Assembly (NCBI RefSeq): GCF_001194135.2
Contig: NC_068983.1
Coordinates: 121,930,992 to 121,974,117 of the forward strand
DNA: 43,126 bases
Source: Octopus bimaculoides
Lineage: Eukaryota
Direction: 5' to 3'
Below, in pieces: positions 35,930 through 43,126 of this stretch; within the stretch, counting starts at the first letter, position 1, and each line of letters begins with the position of its first letter. Position numbers and translations under genes: made by a program. Under the pieces are notes generated by a model, which saw only the letters and a list, made by a program, of their open reading frames with translations, searched no databases and was not told the origin of the DNA.

Positions 35930-36260
35930 AACCATAAACTGAGCTCAGAAGTACAAGTGCTACTCACAATGGAAAACATGCAAAAGATCAACGAGTTTGA
36001 TGAGCCAATAAAAGCTGCAGTAGAAGGCAGGAGAGTCAGGTGTTACATTTGTGGTAGAACTAATCACCAGAATGTTTTCTATCCACAGACAAAGGGATTG
36101 TAATCCCCTTGCAACCAGCACCACAACTACAAAGCCAACAGTAACCATATCAGCAACAGCAGTGGAAGTGGTAACTGAAGCAGCAAGAAAAGCATCATCA
36201 GCAAAAAATTCAAAAGCCTATAACAGCAGCAAAGAGCTTTACTACAGCCACCTTTGAAAT
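35930..36260 (+). mobile_element. Probable LINE ORF1 fragment (zinc-knuckle remnant plus T/A/S-rich linker)
   Basis: EPIKAAVEGRRVRCYICGRTNH, followed in another frame by ATSTTTTKPTVTISATAVEVVTEAARK. Confidence 0.45.
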
Positions 36261-36660
36261 GGGTGAAACTCATAAGAGTGCCTTTCTTTCGAAATCAACT
36301 CTAAAACTACATAAATTTAACACAAACATACATTTGATTCAACCAACATCAATCCTCTCACCTCCGAATTTTCGTCAAGTGAAAAGAATGAAAAGGAAGT
36401 GACCAGATCATAACAAACAGTCATTAAAGAGAAGATAGAAAAAGTAGCATCATCACAAAAGTGAGCAGTAAGAATGCAATAGCAAAAAGCTCATATGTCA
36501 GTTACTTCACGCAGCACAACCACCAAAATTCGCGACAACAGCCAGCCTCGCAACCACACTAACAACAAGACAACGTTCAAGCATAACAACCGCGGCCAAA
36601 AGACTAAAAATATACTAAAAAGCAACAAAGCTAGCAACAATTAATTCCACCAACCACACC

Positions 36661-36797
36661 GTCGTAAACCGAAACTGATAGAATAAGTGCCAGACTTTAA
36701 AACATACTAAGTACCGGGATCGAGTTATTCGACTAAACCTTTCGAGACCTTACCCCCAACATAGTTGCAGTCCAGTCACTGAAACAAGTACAAAGTA
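36661..36797 (+). mobile_element. SINE family 2, 3' fragment
   Basis: gatagaataagtgccagacttt...gcagtccagtcactgaaacaagta matches 20355-20460. Confidence 0.7.
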
Positions 36798-36804
36798 CTA
36801 TATA

Positions 36805-36805
<1 letters not shown>

Positions 36806-36891
<86 letters not shown>
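36806..36891. repeat. Long perfect (GT)n microsatellite
   Basis: Read directly. Confidence 0.97.
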
Positions 36892-36896
<5 letters not shown>

Positions 36897-37870
36897 ATGC
36901 ATGTGTATGCATATGTATATACACACATATACACACGCACACACGTGAATATGTAGACAGGATATCGAAAGTAATAAGAGATCTGCAACCATTATGTACT
37001 AAAACTCACTGACTTTTAGTTCGCATTAATTACATCACTAATGTACCTGCAAAAAACTTAACATCACATCGCAAGCTCCTGGCGTGACACAAAAAACGTC
37101 ATAAGCTTAGTACTTATATAGAGAAGATTAACAGAAAGCGTTATGACGCTATGACAATGCAGTAGTAACAAGAGATATTTGGAACGAAAAGTGATTGTGT
37201 TGGTTATTTATTTTTGACTTTTATGTAAGTAGAGAGGTGCTCTTTTTTTTCCTATTTTCTTTAGAACAACAACACTTTTATCGTTTTTGAAGTGCACATC
37301 ACTTTCGCTGTAATACTAAAGTAGAGGGTTTCACTTAATGTCGAATTTCCGCGCTATTAATGGAAATGGAAACGAACTACTGAATGCTCTTAGGAAATTA
37401 ACATTAAAAAAAATAAATAACAGAAAGTCTATTTGCTGAACTATCACCATTCTAAAATTTGAAATTGCTCTTGAAATTATTAAATGTGCTGGAAGTGTGT
37501 GTACGTGTGTACATGTGAGGAGGGGAGCGCTGTGTGTGTATTTTTATATTTGTATTATGTATGTATTAATGGTTTCACTGAGTATTAGGTTACTACTCGT
37601 TTTACGAGAGCAAAAAGCGCGTCTAGTTGTTCAGATGAGATAGCACTGAATGGTATGTGGTTTGATTTCTTTTATAAGTCCGACCGTCATTAGATGATAA
37701 GCGAGACTTCGTTTTTACTTATCCTAAGCAATACATTTCTATGATAACATACAATTATTACCCTGCAACGCACACACACATACACACACACACACTCACA
37801 ATGTTTCCCTCAACAAGAAAAAAACTTTTATACTGATGTCACGGGTGGTGCTTATTGTTAGTTGATTGGA

Positions 37871-38662
37871 ATCTAGTTGGTTTGGCTGCCAGCATCATTT
37901 CCTGTTCGAATTGATTTCATATTTAGTATAATGATACACTTTTATAAGCTAATGAATAACGTGAAAATCATTTTCGCTATAAATCAATAAATAAAGAGTT
38001 AGTAGCAATTAAAGTTTGACCATTTTGGGTAATTTTAGCGAATCGTAAGCCACAGACACATTTATGCCTGTTTCCATAGTAATAAGCCAAACATGAGAAC
38101 TCTTTTGTCAGCGAGAAAGCACTTGTGTTGACAAATATATTCTACGCGATGCTACGTGCGTTGACGCTGTGTTCTGTTGCTTCGGCCCATCTGTTTCTTG
38201 TACCTTGGTTGTGAGATGTGCTAAAAATAACAGCTAAATAGGCCTTAAATCATGCCCCAAACCATTAAAAAAAATTTTGGCATAATCGTATGAATTCCTG
38301 TGTGTAAAGTACAAATTCGCAAAACTTTTCTGAAAATTCCAAATTTTAAAAAAGTTATGAGGGGTTGTATGTCGTACGTTAAGCCGAATTTGATTTGTTT
38401 ACAGTTTCATATAAAAACACGTGCTATTTTCAGAATGTGGACAACACGTGCAGTCACGTACAAAATGACAGCGTCCAAATCTTGTTTCCTGACTCGGTGA
38501 AAATGATCAAACTTTAAACCTCTATAACTTTTTAAAAACCTTTTTCTGGAAAAAGTGAAATAACTGCAGCAATTCGGCTTGGAAAAGTATATTAATGTGC
38601 CAAATTTTAAAATTTTCCATTAACTTTAATTTTTGAAATGCTGGCAGCCAAACCAACTAGAT
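37871..38662. mobile_element. Non-autonomous DNA transposon-like element (792 bp) with perfect 25-bp terminal inverted repeats
   Basis: ATCTAGTTGGTTTGGCTGCCAGCAT at 37871-37895 is the exact reverse complement of 38638-38662. Confidence 0.7.
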
Positions 38663-39289
38663 CCGCTAAGGATAAGTTATAAGTTGTGAATACCAATTTC
38701 ATTCGAACTTCTAACGAAATTAAGGAAATCTACTCTGATCTATTGCATCAGATTTGCTTCCCAACCAGCAGCTGCCTTCTAATCGCTAAAAAAACAAACA
38801 GTCGCTTAATTATTGGTTTCACTACAACTCGAACTGACCTTAAGAATGAATCTCAGTTATTATCCAATAGAAGACTTATTTAGAAGCTGTACCGTCTCAG
38901 TATTCTGTGTTATTATACCCATACGGTTTGGTGTACTTTTTTATGTCCGTGAAACTTTTAACGATGCTTATCTGAGTCAAACTATTAATACAAACATTCA
39001 ACCTCTATGACGGATATGGAGAGCTCCATTCTCTTGCGTGTACACCTTATCTAAATATATGTACGTGTATGTGTGTGTGAGCATGTATATATTGTTTAAT
39101 ATGTTTCAATGAAACAAGAGAAAGCCAGACAATTTATTATTATGATTTTGTGTATATTATTGATCTTGATATTTATGCATGAAAATGCCTTTTAAAATCT
39201 GGAGGAATAATAACAAATAAAATTCAATCATAATGAAATCTTGATGTCCTTAGATTGTCGTTTGACTGTTAAATATGTCTCTAAACCAT

Positions 39290-39320
39290 TTCTCTCTCTA
39301 TCTCTCTCTCTCACTTTCTC

Positions 39321-39372
<52 letters not shown>
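39290..39372. repeat. (CT)n microsatellite
   Basis: Read directly. Confidence 0.95.
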
Positions 39373-39539
39373 CAGTCTATTTCCGTGAAATGAAATCTTT
39401 AAAGTGATTGGAATGGCAGCCGACATCTTGCTGGCTCTTTGAGTCCAGTCGTATTTTATTTTGTGAGCGATTTCGTCTAAATCTTGAAGACGTCATATAG
39501 TAAATATTTCAGTTTTATTTTTTTTCTTCTTCCAAATCT

Positions 39540-39680
39540 TCTCTCTCTCTCTTTCTCTCTCTCCTCTCTTTCTCGCTATTTCACGCACACACACACGGAC
39601 ACACACAGACACATACATACATTCACACACACACACACACACACACATAAACACACACACACATAAACACACACACACAC
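39540..39680. repeat. (CT)n / (CA)n compound microsatellite
   Basis: Read directly. Confidence 0.93.
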
Positions 39681-40128
39681 AGATGGCCTGCCCCTAGCTA
39701 AGCAATGCATAATTGAAATAATATATACAACAAATGAGATAAGAAGAGCGCCAAAACAATAATTTTTGTTTTACAAACCATATTTTTTAACTTACGACTT
39801 TATTATGATTAAATTTAATTTTATTTGTTATTTTTCTAACTTCCTAAACTGCATTTTCATGCCGAAATATCAGTGTTAACAACGCAGACTGTAAAAACAT
39901 TATTTCAAATACATATCTTCTCTTACACACACACACACATTCATATATTTTCATGTGTGTGTGTGTGTGTGTGTGTCCATAAATGAGTTTAAAGGTTTCA
40001 TATGCTGCCTAACCAGAACGGTCCTTTAATGATACCCGAGTTATCATTATTATCATTACTAATACTATATGTGCGTGTGTATGTGTGTGTGTGTGTGCGC
40101 GCGCGCGCGTATGTATATATATATATAT

Positions 40129-40296
40129 GCGACGGGCTTCTTTCAGTTTCCGTCTACCAAATCCGCTCACAAGTCATTAGTCGGCACGAGGTTATAGTAG
40201 AAGACACTTGCCCAGAATGCCGCGCAATGAGACTGAAATGGAAACCATGTGTTATGCGGTTGGGAAGCAAACTTCTTACCACACTCACCATGCCTG
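40129..40296 (-). mobile_element. SINE family 2, 5' half
   Basis: Reverse complement reads caggcatggtgagtgtggtaagaagtttgcttcccaacc...gggcaagtgtcttctactataacc...gatttggtagacggaaactgaaagaagcccgtc. Confidence 0.85.
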
Positions 40297-40414
40297 TGTA
40301 TGTGTGTGTGTGTGTACATGTATGTATGTATGTATGTATGTATGTATACCAGTTAAATAATCTAACTAGATACGTGAAATGAGGAACGTGGTAGATTATT
40401 TTCCTTGCATACAT

Positions 40415-41020
40415 AATGCTAACATGCTCTGCTGGATGGATAGTGCCAGTGTGCAAACACGACAGAGTGTAAAGTATTTAAGAAGAAAAGTGGTTATAAG
40501 AGGCATCAGATGTGTGCAAGAGAGAAGACTGCGCTGGTTCGGTCATGTGATGCGTATGGATGAGGACAGCTGCATAAAGAAGTGCCGAGCTCTAATTGTG
40601 GAGGGAAGTTGTGGAAGGGATAGACCCAGGAAGACGTGGAACAAAGTGATGAGAGAGAATTCTTCGGATGCTGGGCCTCACTGAAGAAATGACAAGGGAC
40701 TAGGAGATGTGGTGATTAGCTTTACCCGAAAACTAAGTAAAATCGCTGTCTGCCATACATGCAGGCTTGTCTTTTCAGGTGCTGGTACCACATAAAATGC
40801 ACCCGTGCCGGTACTGCGTAAATGCACCCGTGCCAGTAGCACGTAAAAAGCACCCAGCATACTCTGTCAAGTGGTTGGCGTTAGGAAGAGCATCCGGCCG
40901 TAGAAACCATGCCACAACAGACAGTTGGAGTTTTACCGCTCCCCAGCTGGCCAGCTCCATGTCAGACCGTCCAACCCATGCCAGCGTGGAAAACGGAGGC
41001 TAAACGATGATGATGATGAT
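40415..41020 (+). mobile_element. RTE-clade LINE 3' end with 3' UTR and (GAT)n tail
   Basis: VQERRLRWFGHVMRMDEDSCIKKCRALIVEGSCGRDRPRKTW; the UTR ends ccaacccatgccagcgtggaaaacggaggctaaacgatgatgatgatgat. Confidence 0.9.
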
Positions 41021-41041
41021 ATATAAATATATCATGTGTAC

Positions 41042-41043
<2 letters not shown>

Positions 41044-41090
<47 letters not shown>
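41044..41090. repeat. (GT)n microsatellite
   Basis: Read directly. Confidence 0.95.
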
Positions 41091-41091
<1 letters not shown>

Positions 41092-41109
41092 TTCTGTGTA
41101 CGCGCGTAC

Positions 41110-41270
41110 GCATAAAGACCATAGCTTAGTATTAGGGTATTATACTTATGATCACAAGATGGTGATTTCGAAGCCCAGAGCGGCAGTGTGTTGTGTTTTT
41201 GAGCAAACTATTTCATTTCATATTGCTCCACTCCACTCAGTGGTAAATGAGTAACCATGCGACGGATTAA
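41110..41270 (+). mobile_element. Degenerate tRNA-derived SINE (family 3, CORE-like)
   Basis: catagcttagtattagggt (A-box-like), gatttcgaagccc (B-box-like), then gtgttgtgtttttgagcaa...ttgctccactccactcag. Confidence 0.55.
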
Positions 41271-42356
41271 CATTCTATTCTGTAGGGATGTTGGCCTACA
41301 AGGTGGTACCATTCAAAGGTTGTAACTATGCAAAGAAATATCTCTAACAACATCCAACAGTCTGGTCGATATAGTGATANNNNNNNNNNNNNNNNNNNNN
41401 NNNNNNNNNNNNNNNNNNNNNNNNNNNNNNNNNNNNNNNNNNNNNNNNNNNNNNNNNNNNNNNNNNNNNNNNNNNNNNNNNNNNNNNNNNNNNNNNNNNN
41501 NNNNNNNNNNNNNNNNNNNNNNNNNNNNNNNNNNNNNNNNNNNNNNNNNNNNNNNNNNNNNNNNNNNNNNNNNNNNNNNNNNNNNNNNNNNNNNNNNNNN
41601 NNNNNNNNNNNNNNNNNNNNNNNNNNNNNNNNNNNNNNNNNNNNNNNNNNNNNNNNNNNNNNNNNNNNNNNNNNNNNNNNNNNNNNNNNNNNNNNNNNNN
41701 NNNNNNNNNNNNNNNNNNNNNNNNNNNNNNNNNNNNNNNNNNNNNNNNNNNNNNNNNNNNNNNNNNNNNNNNNNNNNNNNNNNNNNNNNNNNNNNNNNNN
41801 NNNNNNNNNNNNNNNNNNNNNNNNNNNNNNNNNNNNNNNNNNNNNNNNNNNNNNNNNNNNNNNNNNNNNNNNNNNNNNNNNNNNNNNNNNNNNNNNNNNN
41901 NNNNNNNNNNNNNNNNNNNNNNNNNNNNNNNNNNNNNNNNNNNNNNNNNNNNNNNNNNNNNNNNNNNNNNNNNNNNNNNNNNNNNNNNNNNNNNNNNNNN
42001 NNNNNNNNNNNNNNNNNNNNNNNNNNNNNNNNNNNNNNNNNNNNNNNNNNNNNNNNNNNNNNNNNNNNNNNNNNNNNNNNNNNNNNNNNNNNNNNNNNNN
42101 NNNNNNNNNNNNNNNNNNNNNNNNNNNNNNNNNNNNNNNNNNNNNNNNNNNNNNNNNNNNNNNNNNNNNNNNNNNNNNNNNNNNNNNNNNNNNNNNNNNN
42201 NNNNNNNNNNNNNNNNNNNNNNNNNNNNNNNNNNNNNNNNNNNNNNNNNNNNNNTTAGAGAAAAATTTGTAGTTTAGAATCAGTAGTTCTTTGACTGCTG
42301 TTTCTGAATTTTCAGTATGTTGGAGAAGCAACTCAATTGCTAATCCCTTATATTTA

Positions 42357-42396
<40 letters not shown>

Positions 42397-42469
42397 GAAA
42401 AAAACTTGAGTCAACAAGAAGGGGTAAAGTTGGACATTTATTCTTTAATCACTACAATTGATTCCATGC

Positions 42470-42760
42470 AACGAAATCTAGTTGTGTTTCCTCAGGCGAT
42501 ATGTAAATATTGTCTCCGGAAGATTAAAATCCTCGGCTTCAAGAACATCCCCTCTGTCTGACGTGGCCTGAATTTAGTAGTAGTCACTAAGCTTATCACG
42601 GTGTATTGTTGTTGGAGGGCTGTTGGCAAACTGCTTTGAATGTGTAGATGTAGTGGGATTCTGGTGTTGTTAAAATATTGCCGTTTTAAAGGGATTGACA
42701 TTTTATTTCTTTGTATTGCTGATTTGTTCTTCATGACTGGGTACATATGCGATTTTCTTT
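42470..42760 (-). mobile_element. Possible LINE RT remnant
   Basis: Minus strand QQYTVISLVTT.KF...GMFLKPRIL...ETIFT resembles the region around KAFD (motif 4) of CR1/L2/Jockey RTs; heavily decayed. Confidence 0.35.
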
Positions 42761-42787
42761 AGCTGACCTTTATGATTCAACGCTCGG

Positions 42788-43085
42788 ACACACACATATA
42801 CAGATGTACACGCACACACTCACACACATACACACATGCACACGCACACACTCACACACATACACACATGCACACACAAATATATATATCAACTTACATA
42901 TGCACACACGCGTGCACATGCACACACGCGTGCACATGCACACACTGACACCCATACATATATATGAATATATGTACACACATATACTCGCACGTACACA
43001 TATGTTCGGGTGTGCACACACACACACACATACACACACACACACACATACACACACACACATATACACATACACACACACACAT

Positions 43086-43126
<41 letters not shown>
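42788..43126. repeat. Complex (CA)n/(CATA)n/(TA)n simple-repeat field with an 18-bp duplicated unit at ~42898-42943
   Basis: Read directly. Confidence 0.93.

Noticed and set aside
36245-36282. Second hammerhead-like piece (gtGAAActcataagagtg)
   Set aside because: Stem III-like hairpin is present but there is no CUGANGA, and the cleavage triplet would be GUG.

Overview
Repeat-dense, AT-rich eukaryotic non-coding DNA with nine assembly gaps. I could not identify a host protein-coding gene. The SINE families and microsatellite load look like an Octopus (coleoid cephalopod) genome; this is recalled resemblance, not a search result. All recognisable coding sequence comes from decayed transposons. 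DNA transposons: three mariner remnants (one full length with both TIRs), a Tc1 and a hAT/Charlie fragment. Non-LTR retroelements: an RLE-type (R4/Dong-like) 3' fragment, an APE-RT LINE, Tx1/L1-like pieces, RTE 3' fragments and a Penelope-like GIY-YIG remnant. There are about 15 copies of one tRNA-derived SINE and several copies of two other SINE families. Top observations: (1) 13 of about 15 copies of the main SINE sit in five same-orientation tandem arrays, four of them punctuated by an array-specific 12-17 nt linker present n+1 times for n copies, which suggests repeated insertion at one target or duplication between target-site duplications; (2) a minimal type-I hammerhead ribozyme fold at 13711-13748, three substitutions from the catalytic consensus, followed by an AATAAA as in a Penelope pLTR; (3) a 181-bp near-perfect foldback element beside a mariner end; (4) an RLE LINE embedded in (TAA)n.
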